Virus record (IMG/VR): IMGVR_UViG_3300035135_002447
DNA length: 20,000 nt
Reading direction: 5' to 3' (one strand)
Source: an uncultured virus (IMG/VR IMGVR_UViG_3300035135_002447)
Lineage: Duplodnaviria; Heunggongvirae; Uroviricota; Caudoviricetes
The notes below the pieces were generated by a model that saw only the letters and a list, made by a program, of their open reading frames with translations, ran no database searches and had not been told where the DNA came from. Position numbers and translations under genes: made by a program. This document shows, one piece after another, positions 1-9,043 of the stretch. Numbering within the stretch: the first letter of the stretch is position 1; each line of letters opens with the position of its first letter.

Positions 1-3000
1 TTTGGAAGACAAATTGTAGGTTCTAATAACCACCTATTTGTCGTCATGCAAAATTATGTGACTGCAAGTAATAAAAAAGGTATGCTTTTAGATTATAGAC
101 GTAATAAATCTCAGAGATTGTTTGATACTGCAAGAGAAAAAACTCCTACAGTTGATCTAAGCAGAATAAAACAAGTTATGCTTTATGACAAAGAGAAAAA
201 TGTTATTGTAAACAATTTAGATTACATAGATCCTAATCAAGGAAAAATAGCAGGAATAGCTGAACAGGAAATTAGATATAAAAGTCCAATAGATCCAGCT
301 ATGTATACAAATGGTACAGTCAATCAAAGTATTAATAACAATTGGGGTCAAGAACACGTTGGTGAAGTTTGGTGGGATCTTACTAACGCTAAATTCTTAG
401 ATGTTTACCAAGGTAATTTGATCTACAAAACAAATAATTTCAATCAATTAGCACCAGGCGGTGCAATCAATGTATATGAGTGGGTGGAAAGCGAATATTC
501 TCCAGAACAGTATGATGAACTATCAAACTCTGCAGACGGTGATGTCTTAGGAATATCGGGAAACACAAAATATGGTGCATCAGTTTATAGTGTAAGACGT
601 TACTTTGACAGTGTATCTCAAACATTTACTACAAAATATTATTATTGGGTTGAAAATAAAATCACAATACCTAATAATACATATAGAACTACAAGTATTG
701 CTACTGTAAAATCTTTAATAGAAGATCCAGTTGGACAAAAATATAAATTTATTGCCCTATTTGATGATAGTTCTTTTGCAGTTTATAATTGTCAAAATAT
801 TATCAATGATAAAGATATAATATTAAACATTCAATATTGGTTGAATTCAAATACAAAACAAAATATACATAACCAATATAAAATTATGACCGAAGGTTTT
901 GCATCCAGTTCTGCAGGTGCAGATATTGAAGCAAAATGGTATGATAGTTTAATAGGTTACGATATCAAAACAAGGTCAGTGCCTGATCTTAGACTTTCAC
1001 CTAAGGATCGTTATGGCATCTTTAACAATCCAAGACAAAGTATGTTCGTTAATAGAACAGAAGCACTGAAGCAAGTAGTGGAGAGAGTTAATAATATATT
1101 CTCAGAAAATCTTATCACTCAAGAGAAAAATATTTCTAAGTTACAAACTAATGAACCTAAACCTTCGTTAGTATCAGGTGAATATGATTTTGTAGTGAAT
1201 GGAGCTGTTGATTTAGAATTTGTAAATGTTGTTCAAGTGCGTCAACCTATTTTAAATCCTATTGTAGAAGAAGGCAAAATAGTTAGAGTTGATATTGTAG
1301 ATGCTGGCAGAGGCTATCAAGTTTCTCCTACATATACAATTCAAGGTCAGGGAAGCGATGCAGAAATATCTATCGAGTTAGATTCTTTAGGTAGTATATC
1401 TAATGTTAGCATTATCAACGGTGGATATAATTACAATGAATCTACAACTATAGAAATAAGAAAATTTAGTGTTCTAGTAGATGCTGATGAACAAATTAAC
1501 GGACGCTGGGCAATATACGAGAGAAATAACAACCAGTGGCAAAGGATTAAAAGCCAGTCATATAATACAACCTTGTTTTGGGATTATGTTGATTGGTATG
1601 CCGCCGGCTATAGCGAATTTACAGAAGTGTCTTTTATAGTTGATTATTCTTATTCTTTACAAGGATTGAATGATTCTATTGGAGATGTTGTTAAAGTTTT
1701 AGATATAAGCGGATCAGGTTGGCTTCTCCTTGAAAAAGTAGATAATCAAGACACAATAGATTATACTGTAAATTATAAGACAATAGGTAAACAAAACGGA
1801 ACAATTAAACTTAAAGATTCATTGTACGATACAATGAATAATAGATTGGGATTTGACACACAGAGTTTTGATACAAGCTTCTTTGATATTCAACCTATTC
1901 AAGAAACAAGATTTATATTAGAGGCGTTACGTGATGATATTTTAGTAGACAACCTTGCAGACGAATACAATAAACTTTTCTTTAGTTCATTAAAATATGT
2001 ATTTGCTGAACAAGGATATGTAGATTGGGCATTCAAAACAAGTTTTGTAAAAGCTATTCATAATGTTGGAGAACTAAAACAAACTGCAACATTTAAGAAT
2101 GATAACTTAGAAAGTTATGAAGAATATATCAAGGAAGTAAAACCCTATAAGTCTACAATTAGAGAATATGTTTCAAGTTACGAAAAAACAGATCAATCTT
2201 CTAGCGTCATATCAGACTTTGATAGTCCTCCTAGATTTAATAGCGAAACAGGTACAATTTCTGCAAACGATTCAAAAGTTGTAAACGGTATACTTAGAGT
2301 GGGTACTATTGAAAGCACTTTAAATACTTTAGACAAATACTGGTTAGAAAATTCTACTTATAGTGTTACAGAAATACGGATTGCTGATGCCGGATCAGGA
2401 TATTTAGAAGCACCTAAAATCATTATAGACGATGATACTACAGCTCTTGCTTCATTAGGTCCAGGCGGAAAAATTAGCAAAGTTAAGGTTGTATCAACTA
2501 AACAAAAATATTACATTGCGCCTACAGTAGTAATACAAGGCACACTTGCTGAAGATGGTAGAGAAGCAAGACTATCTGCAATTTTAGGAAGCAACACTGT
2601 TAGAAACTTCCATACAATAATGAAGTTTGATAGAACATCTGGCAACTATTATATAATGCAACTTAATGAAACAGAGACATTTACAGGATCTGGATCAAAG
2701 ACAGAATTTGATTTAAAATGGCCTATCGACTTAAGGACAAATACTATAGAGGTTTTTGTAGGCGGAGAGTTAATTCTAAACAGCGGATACAATGTAGAAA
2801 ACCTTACACATACAGTAAACAATGCAACAGAACAGTATGGACACATAGAATTTGTTGATCCTCCTGCAGACGGTAGAGAAATTATTATTAATTATCGAAA
2901 GGCTGTAGAATTATTAAGTGCGTCAGACAGAATTAACTTTTTCTATAATCCTACATCAGGACAGTACGGTAAAGATCTATCTCAACTAATGGACGGTGTT

Positions 3001-6000
3001 GACTACGGCGGCGTAGAAGTCAAGAGCTTCGAATTTGGTGCGCCTCCAGGGTGGGATACAGACCAATGGTATCAAGGTGCTTGGGACGTTTTTGACGAAG
3101 GATTTGATGACGAATCATTTGTACATGATGGAAGTACTTATTCATTCCAACTTGCTAAACCTTTACAAGCCTCAACTACCTATAATGTGTATGTAAATAA
3201 TCTAAGAATTGATGATGCAGAATGGGACGGAAGCACAACGGTTCTTGCTAATAAAAATGCAATTATGGCACCAATTGTAGGAGACGGAGTTACAGATACA
3301 TTTACTATAGATAACGTAATAGGCTTTGAAGAATTTTTAGAAAATAATAATTTAACAGCTGGCCAGGGAGCAATGACTTCTGATATTGTTATTACACTAC
3401 GAAGATCTGCTAGTGACGGAAGTTTAGAAGTTGACCAAACATCATATGATACTAATATCTCAGGTGGAGACTTAGCTTACTCAACAGCAAAAGGTATAAA
3501 TGCAGAAGAAATAATTATAGATGGCGACGGTTTTGTTACACCTATAACAAGTAAAGGTCCTGAAGAAGTTGTACCCGGACACATTGCAGACACTTTAGAC
3601 ATTACTGTGTACGAAAGACCAACCGGCGGAGCAAGCTATATAGAAACAGTCAGTTATAAAGGAGACGGAAGTAGTACAGAGTTTGATTTAAGAAACAGAC
3701 CATATTCAGAAGAAGCAGTGATTGTTAGGGTAGATGGAAGTTTCTTAAGAGGACAAGATGTATATAGAATAGATTATAAAAATAGTAAAATTGTATTTTA
3801 TAATGCTCCTGCACAAGACAGTGATATTGTTTTAACAACGTTAGGTGTAAGTGGAAGTAACTTATTAGATTATGGCGAATTCCATACTGATGGTAGTACA
3901 CAAGAATTTTTGACAAATGTAAATTGGGTGGAAAATATACAAGCATACGTAACTATTGATGGCAAAGATGCAAAATATGAATTGTTAGAATCAGATGACA
4001 CATACGCAATAACAGGTAAAGCATTGATAAAACTTACTACACCTGTACCGCAAGACCAGATTATACAATTTGCAATGTTTGACAGCCCTGTTAATGTGTA
4101 CAGTAAAATTAAGATTGATGAATTTAACGGCGATGGATCAACTTTAGGATTTACATTATCTCAAGCACCATTTAATCAACAACCTGCATCGTATTATACA
4201 ATGGTTACAGTAAACGACGATGTGTTGAATGCAGGATATGTAGAAACATTTACAGTGCAAGATGGTGCAGATTTTAGTTTAGATTTTAAATTAAAATTAT
4301 GGCAAGTTCCAATTGGTTCTATTCAAGCAAATTCTATAGAAGTATTTTTGAATGGAAGACAACTAGAATACTTACAAGAATTTAGTTGGTTAGGGTCTGG
4401 TGCAAACAATCCAAATATTCCTGTTGATGACCAATTAGGTAGTACACTTTCTATAAACCCGGGTATTGCTAATCCTGGCGATGAAATTAAGGTTTATATT
4501 GTATCAGATGGTGATTACAGATTTGGTTACTTTGATGCCGACGATGTATTTGTAAACACAAGTGGAAGAACTCAAGCGGCCAGCTTGGTTGCTGTTGTTG
4601 AGAATGGAGAAATAACAGCAGTAGATATTGTTAATCCAGGTTTAGGATATTCAGACGGAGCAGAGATATTTGTTGCTGGTAACGGGAACGGTGCAAGTTT
4701 GTTTGCTGTAGTAAATGATATAGGACAGATCATTGATGTAACAATATCAGATGCTGGTTCTGATTACGATAGTCTAACAACACTGTCTATTGAAACTCCA
4801 ACGTCAACGTCTGTAATATATTTTGATAAAGTGTATACTGAAAATGATAAAATCAGAGTTTACCAATTTAGTAATCATGATAGCTTAGAGATTGAAAGAG
4901 AAAATTATACAGTATTAGAAAAAACTAAAATGACTGTAGGAACAGAAGGATATTATGACTTTAGAATCTTGAAAAATTCTAGAATAGAATTACAGTCGAC
5001 AGCAACATCTGTAGATTATGTTTGGATAGTGAAAAATAATAAATTATTAGTCCCAACTGCTGATTATATATTACTAGAAAATAGACGATATATTGAATTA
5101 ATAGACAAATTAGAGGACGGTGATACAATCGAACTTATTAATTTCAGTAATGAAATAATTAACACAAAATATGCTTGGCGTCAATTTAAAGATATAATGA
5201 ATAAAAACATCTATTACAGATTATCTAATGATAAAAAAGGAAAATTAGCAAAAGATCTAAATTGGTATGATAGAAGCATAGAGTTAGTAGATGCAGATAA
5301 CATGCCAACACCGTCACCTAAAGAACCTGGAGTTATCTTTATTCAAGGTGAAAGATTAGAGTATTTACAAAAAGATGGAAATATTCTAAAACAATTACGC
5401 AGAGGAACTGCAGGTACAGGAATAAAAAATATTTACTCTGCAGGTACTGAATTGTTTAACCAAAATAAAGATAGCATTGTTCCTTACAAAGATAAAGAAG
5501 ATAGATTTGTTGCTAAGGCAGGTACATATGTGTCTATGAAAAACTTCTATCCTGAAGATAGTAATTTGATAACATTTACAGGAATAACATATGACTTTAA
5601 CAATAACACAGTATTTCCATTAGGAACGCAAGTTGCAACAGTAACGGGAACAGGCTTTAGAGAAAGTGTTGTCATAGCTATGCAAAACGAAAATGGCGAA
5701 GTTCAACTTCTTGATACAACATATGTAAGTCCTACAGAATTAACTTTTACAACAGTAGCAATGCCAGTTGGTGCATACGACATGGTCATATTAAATCAGA
5801 GAGAAACTACTCCAATTAACAGAGAACCTACAAGTATTGTAGTAGAAAAAATATTACCATATGTTCAGGTGTTAATTCCTTTTGAGCCTGAAGCATTTAC
5901 AGATGTTGTAAAAAATCCAGTGCAAACCGGAGAATGGTATAAAGAACCTTTTGATCAAGGAGGCATTCCGCAAGATTATTGGGAGGCTCTTGATATTGAA

Positions 6001-6285
6001 GTTTTCTCAAACGGAAGACGTCTTCGCAAAAGCCCACTAACAGTATACGATCAAACTTTAGGACAGTCAAGTCCTGCAGGAGATAAACAGATTGAAGCAG
6101 AATATGCTGTAAATCAAAATGAAGGAGCATATGTAAGATTAACTACTCCTCCTGAATCAGAATCTTTGTTAGTTATTGTTAGAAAACAAGGAGAAATATG
6201 GAACAATGTTGGCGAACCTTTAGCAAAATCTAGCACTCAAGTTGCTTCGTTCTTGCGTGGAAAGCCAATTGATTTGCCGCGATAA
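1..6285 (+). CDS. Giant modular virion structural protein (putative baseplate/tail-associated), 5'-truncated by the window edge
   Basis: Frame is open from base 1 (FGRQIVGSNNHLFVV precedes the Met at 46), so the true start is probably upstream. Acidic, Gly/Thr/Asp-rich, beta-strand-like. Repeated IxxxGxGY-type motifs (VDAGRGY, INGGYNY, ADAGSGY, VNPGLGY, SDAGSDY) and GDGSxxxF-type motifs typical of large phage structural proteins. IPT/TIG-like segment near 5630-5800. Lies directly upstream of tail-fibre-like genes. Stop TAA 6283-6285. Confidence 0.75.
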   Translation, partial: FGRQIVGSNNHLFVVMQNYVTASNKKGMLLDYRRNKSQRLFDTAREKTPTVDLSRIKQVMLYDKEKNVIVNNLDYIDPNQGKIAGIAEQEIRYKSPIDPAMYTNGTVNQSINNNWGQEHVGEVWWDLTNAKFLDVYQGNLIYKTNNFNQLAPGGAINVYEWVESEYSPEQYDELSNSADGDVLGISGNTKYGASVYSVRRYFDSVSQTFTTKYYYWVENKITIPNNTYRTTSIATVKSLIEDPVGQKYKFIALFDDSSFAVYNCQNIINDKDIILNIQYWLNSNTKQNIHNQYKIMTEGFASSSAGADIEAKWYDSLIGYDIKTRSVPDLRLSPKDRYGIFNNPRQSMFVNRTEALKQVVERVNNIFSENLITQEKNISKLQTNEPKPSLVSGEYDFVVNGAVDLEFVNVVQVRQPILNPIVEEGKIVRVDIVDAGRGYQVSPTYTIQGQGSDAEISIELDSLGSISNVSIINGGYNYNESTTIEIRKFSVLVDADEQINGRWAIYERNNNQWQRIKSQSYNTTLFWDYVDWYAAGYSEFTEVSFIVDYSYSLQGLNDSIGDVVKVLDISGSGWLLLEKVDNQDTIDYTVNYKTIGKQNGTIKLKDSLYDTMNNRLGFDTQSFDTSFFDIQPIQETRFILEALRDDILVDNLADEYNKLFFSSLKYVFAEQGYVDWAFKTSFVKAIHNVGELKQTATFKNDNLESYEEYIKEVKPYKSTIREYVSSYEKTDQSSSVISDFDSPPRFNSETGTISANDSKVVNGILRVGTIESTLNTLDKYWLENSTYSVTEIRIADAGSGYLEAPKIIIDDDTTALASLGPGGKISKVKVVSTKQKYYIAPTVVIQGTLAEDGREARLSAILGSNTVRNFHTIMKFDRTSGNYYIMQLNETETFTGSGSKTEFDLKWPIDLRTNTIEVFVGGELILNSGYNVENLTHTVNNATEQYGHIEFVDPPADGREIIINYRKAVELLSASDRINFFYNPTSGQYGKDLSQLMDGVDYGGVEVKSFEFGAPPGWDTDQWYQGAWDVFDEGFDDESFVHDGSTYSFQLAKPLQASTTYNVYVNNLRIDDAEWDGSTTVLANKNAIMAPIVGDGVTDTFTIDNVIGFEEFLENNNLTAGQGAMTSDIVITLRRSASDGSLEVDQTSYDTNISGGDLAYSTAKGINAEEIIIDGDGFVTPITSKGPEEVVPGHIADTLDITVYERPTGGASYIETVSYKGDGSSTEFDLRNRPYSEEAVIVRVDGSFLRGQDVYRIDYKNSKIVFYNAPAQDSDIVLTTLGVSGSNLLDYGEFHTDGSTQEFLTNVNWVENIQAYVTIDGKDAKYELLESDDTYAITGKALIKLTTPVPQDQIIQFAMFDSPVNVYSKIKIDEFNGDGSTLGFTLSQAPFNQQPASYYTMVTVNDDVLNAGYVETFTVQDGADFSLDFKLKLWQVPIGSIQANSIEVFLNGRQLEYLQEFSWLGSGANNPNIPVDDQLGSTLSINPGIANPGDEIKVYIVSDGDYRFGYFDADDVFVNTSGRTQAASLVAVVENGEITAVDIVNPGLGYSDGAEIFVAGNGNGASLFAVVNDIGQIIDVTISDAGSDYDSLTTLSIETPTSTSVIYFDKVYTENDKIRVYQFSNHDSLEIERENYTVLEKTKMTVGTEGYYDFRILKNSRIELQSTATSVDYVWIVKNNKLLVPTADYILLENRRYIELIDKLEDGDTIELINFSNEIINTKYAWRQFKDIMNKNIYYRLSNDKKGKLAKDLNWYDRSIELVDADNMPTPSPKEPGVIFIQGERLEYLQKDGNILKQLRRGTAGTGIKNIYSAGTELFNQNKDSIVPYKDKEDRFVAKAGTYVSMKNFYPEDSNLITFTGITYDFNNNTVFPLGTQVATVTGTGFRESVVIAMQNENGEVQLLDTTYVSPTELTFTTVAMPVGAYDMVILNQRETTPINREPTSIVVEKILPYVQVLIPFEPEAFTDVVKNPVQTGEWYKEPFDQGGIPQDYWEALDIEVFSNGRRLRKSPLTVYDQTLGQSSPAGDKQIEAEYAVNQNEGAYVRLTTPPESESLLVIVRKQGEIWNNVGEPLAKSSTQVASFLRGKPIDLPR

Positions 6286-6288
6286 ATA
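6281..6288 (+). promoter_or_regulatory. Putative T4-type late promoter box GATAAATA
   Basis: GATAAATA overlaps the upstream stop codon and ends 19 nt before ATG 6308, with SD-like AGGA at 6296-6299. The same ATAAATA core recurs at 10979 and 12527. The T4 gp55 late consensus is TATAAATA. Confidence 0.65.
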
Positions 6289-6307
6289 CATTGACAGGAT
6301 ATAAAAA

Positions 6308-6922
6308 ATGATAGATAATTTACATGATACACAGGGCTTGTTGCTACAAGGTCATATTAAAATACACGATCCAGAGTCTGGAGAAATTATTGTCAACAAA
6401 AGAAATGCTATTCATTATGAAAATATAAGTGTAGCATTAGCTGAAAGTTTAAGTAATGCTGGACAAAGTTGGATACACGAAATGAGTTTCGGAAATGGCG
6501 GAACTAGTGTTGATCCTACTGGAATAATTACATATCTTACACCTAACAGTACAGGTGTAAATGCAAGTTTATACAATCAAACATTTACAAAAGTTGTAGA
6601 TGACAGAAGCGTAAACAATCTAGATCCTGTCAGAAATAAGATTGAAACACGTCATGTAAGCGGCACTAATTATACAGACATTGTTGTAAGTTGTTTGTTA
6701 GATTACGGCGAACCAGACGGACAAGACGCTTTTGATACAGCAACTAACGCACAAAACTTATACGTTTTTGATGAATTAGGTCTAAGAGCTTATGATCCAA
6801 ATGGTACGGGAAAATTATTGACACATGTTATTTTCCATCCTGTACAAAAGTCATTAAACAGACTTATACAAATCGATTATACTGTAAGAATTCAAAGTTT
6901 AACAGGTTTTAACGAGGGATAA
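6308..6922 (+). CDS. Putative baseplate / tail-fibre attachment protein (204 aa)
   Basis: SD AGGA before the ATG. C-terminal VFDELGLRAYDPNGTGKLLTHVIFHPVQKS..IDYTVRI resembles the (R/D)ExGL...G.L...F pattern of phage tail-fibre N-terminal/baseplate-attachment domains. Sits between the giant structural gene and the fibre genes. Function is inferred. Confidence 0.5.
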   Translation: MIDNLHDTQGLLLQGHIKIHDPESGEIIVNKRNAIHYENISVALAESLSNAGQSWIHEMSFGNGGTSVDPTGIITYLTPNSTGVNASLYNQTFTKVVDDRSVNNLDPVRNKIETRHVSGTNYTDIVVSCLLDYGEPDGQDAFDTATNAQNLYVFDELGLRAYDPNGTGKLLTHVIFHPVQKSLNRLIQIDYTVRIQSLTGFNEG

Positions 6923-6925
6923 TAA

Positions 6926-9043
6926 ATGGCTTATACAATAAATTTTAGAGAAACTAACAACGTTGCTAAACCTGCAATTACAGTTGAAGACGGAACAATT
7001 AATGCAACAACTGGATTAAACTTTCCTGGACGTAATTCAACAGCATATGGTGCTGTTATTGCAGAAAATTTTCTAAGATTGTTGGAAAACTTTGCAGGTA
7101 ATACTGCACCTGATAAACCTGTAGAAGGGCAGATATGGTATGACAACACCTTAGGTGAAGAAAAAGTTATGACATACAATGGTACCAACTGGATACCTGC
7201 TGGTGGCATAACAAGATCTAACTCTGCTCCTGCGTTTGCTCAAATTGGAGATTTATGGGTTGATAAAGATAATCAGCAGTTATATTTGTTTACAGGCGGC
7301 GGCTGGATTTTAGTTGGTCCTACTTTTAGTGAAGGACTTGCAACCGGTGCTCGTGCAGATCAAATTGTAGGTCAAGATAACAATTTATACAATATATTAA
7401 GAATAGAAGTTAATGGAGTTACAGTTGGTATTGTATCAGGTAATGATGTACCATTTACACCTAAATCTACTATTGCAGGATTTGGTGTAATTCAACCAGG
7501 TTTTAATGTAATTAATAGAGATATTGATGCAGACGGATTAAGTAATTTTAAATTTTTTGGTACAGCAGAAAAAGCAGAAAGTTTAATTGTAAATAATGAA
7601 GTTGTCGCAGCAGGAGATTTTTTAAGAGGCGATGTTACTTCAACGACAACTAATCCAATAAACGTTCAAAATAACCAAGGTATTTCCTATGGTATTAATG
7701 GTGAATTAACAGTTGGCGTTGAAGGACAAGCAGGAATTATTCAACAAAATATCGGTGGCGCGAACATTGATATGAGAGTAAGAAATAACAACATTACTAG
7801 AACTGTTGTAAGAGTAGATTCAAATTTACGTGTAGGAATAAACACAGAAGCGCCAGACGAAGCATTAGATGTTGTAGGTAATATACAAGCAAGTGGAAAC
7901 TTAATTGTAAATTCAACGACAGATAGCACAAGTATTAACAACGGAGCGGCTATAGTAAGAGGCGGCGCCGCAGTAAAACTAAACCTAAATGTAGGAGGAG
8001 AAACTTCATTAGGTGGTCTTACTACAACAAAAGATATTGTTCCTGATAGTGCTCTTGCAAGAGATATAGGTTCTTCTACAGTTAGGTACAACAATATATA
8101 TGCTAGTACATTAATAGGTAATGTTGTAGGAAATGTTCAAGGTACTATAACAGGACAAAGTTCTGAAAGTAATAAACTTACTTCTAGAACAACCTTTATT
8201 ATGGAAGGTGATGTAACAACAGTTGTTCCTGTAGAATTTGACGGACAATTCCAAGACAGCCAATTTGATAACGGCTCAACTATAGACCCTGTAACAGGTG
8301 TAGAAACACAATTACCGACTGGTGAACAACCTCTACAGAAAAAGTTTAGAACAGAAATTTCCAACTCATTTGTTAATAAAAAACCTATTATAACTGACGT
8401 AGAAGATGATGATTTGTTATTAATAGATGATGTTGAAGGAGATTCTCCCGGACTAAAAGCAGTAACTAAAGAAAACTTACTTAAAACAATTCCTACTTTA
8501 CCTGCAGGTGTTTTAATGCCTTACGGTGGATCAACAGCACCTTTAGGTTGGTATATTTGTGATGGTAGAGAGTTAGAAATTAACGATGGTACTAGAGCTT
8601 TATTTGAAGCTATAAGATTTAACTTTGGTGCAGAGTCGGAAGTTACAAATGGATTTTTTAGGCTTCCGGATTTAAGAGGTAGGATGCCATTAGGTGCAGA
8701 TAATATGGGTACGCAAGGATCCGGCGGTGTAATTACAGAATCGTATGGTTCAGTAATTGGCGCTACAGGTGGTGCTGAAGAAAAATTAATTGATATTTCT
8801 AACCTACCGGAGCACAAGCACACATTAAAAGATACAAGTAATAACCAATACTATGTTTATCAAGATAGACAAGATCCAACCACTGATCCAACAGCTGAAG
8901 TTCAAGGTGGATTGCTTACAAGTAATAATGCTCAAAGAATACCAAATAGTGGCGGAGTGTTGTCTAATCAGTTAGGCCAAGAATTTAATGTTATGCCACC
9001 GACTATGACAATGAATTATATTATCTATGGAGGCAGGCTATGA
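6926..9043 (+). CDS. Tail fibre protein with C-terminal phage tail collar domain (705 aa)
   Basis: N-terminal domain shared with the next two genes (ENFLRLLENFA, GQIWYD, GDLWVD). Fibre repeat RVGINTEAPDEALDVVGN. C-terminal LPAGVLMPYGGSTAPLGWYICDG...LFEAI...FRLPDLRGRMPLGAD matches the tail collar (Pfam Collar) pattern, followed by an HKH motif (8813-8821) and PPTMTMNYII. SD GAGGGA at the end of the upstream gene. Confidence 0.85.
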   Translation: MAYTINFRETNNVAKPAITVEDGTINATTGLNFPGRNSTAYGAVIAENFLRLLENFAGNTAPDKPVEGQIWYDNTLGEEKVMTYNGTNWIPAGGITRSNSAPAFAQIGDLWVDKDNQQLYLFTGGGWILVGPTFSEGLATGARADQIVGQDNNLYNILRIEVNGVTVGIVSGNDVPFTPKSTIAGFGVIQPGFNVINRDIDADGLSNFKFFGTAEKAESLIVNNEVVAAGDFLRGDVTSTTTNPINVQNNQGISYGINGELTVGVEGQAGIIQQNIGGANIDMRVRNNNITRTVVRVDSNLRVGINTEAPDEALDVVGNIQASGNLIVNSTTDSTSINNGAAIVRGGAAVKLNLNVGGETSLGGLTTTKDIVPDSALARDIGSSTVRYNNIYASTLIGNVVGNVQGTITGQSSESNKLTSRTTFIMEGDVTTVVPVEFDGQFQDSQFDNGSTIDPVTGVETQLPTGEQPLQKKFRTEISNSFVNKKPIITDVEDDDLLLIDDVEGDSPGLKAVTKENLLKTIPTLPAGVLMPYGGSTAPLGWYICDGRELEINDGTRALFEAIRFNFGAESEVTNGFFRLPDLRGRMPLGADNMGTQGSGGVITESYGSVIGATGGAEEKLIDISNLPEHKHTLKDTSNNQYYVYQDRQDPTTDPTAEVQGGLLTSNNAQRIPNSGGVLSNQLGQEFNVMPPTMTMNYIIYGGRL

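Noticed and set aside
46..48. ATG at 46 as the start of the giant protein
   Set aside because: The frame is open back to base 1 with plausible protein sequence and there is no SD before 46. The gene most likely starts upstream of the window.
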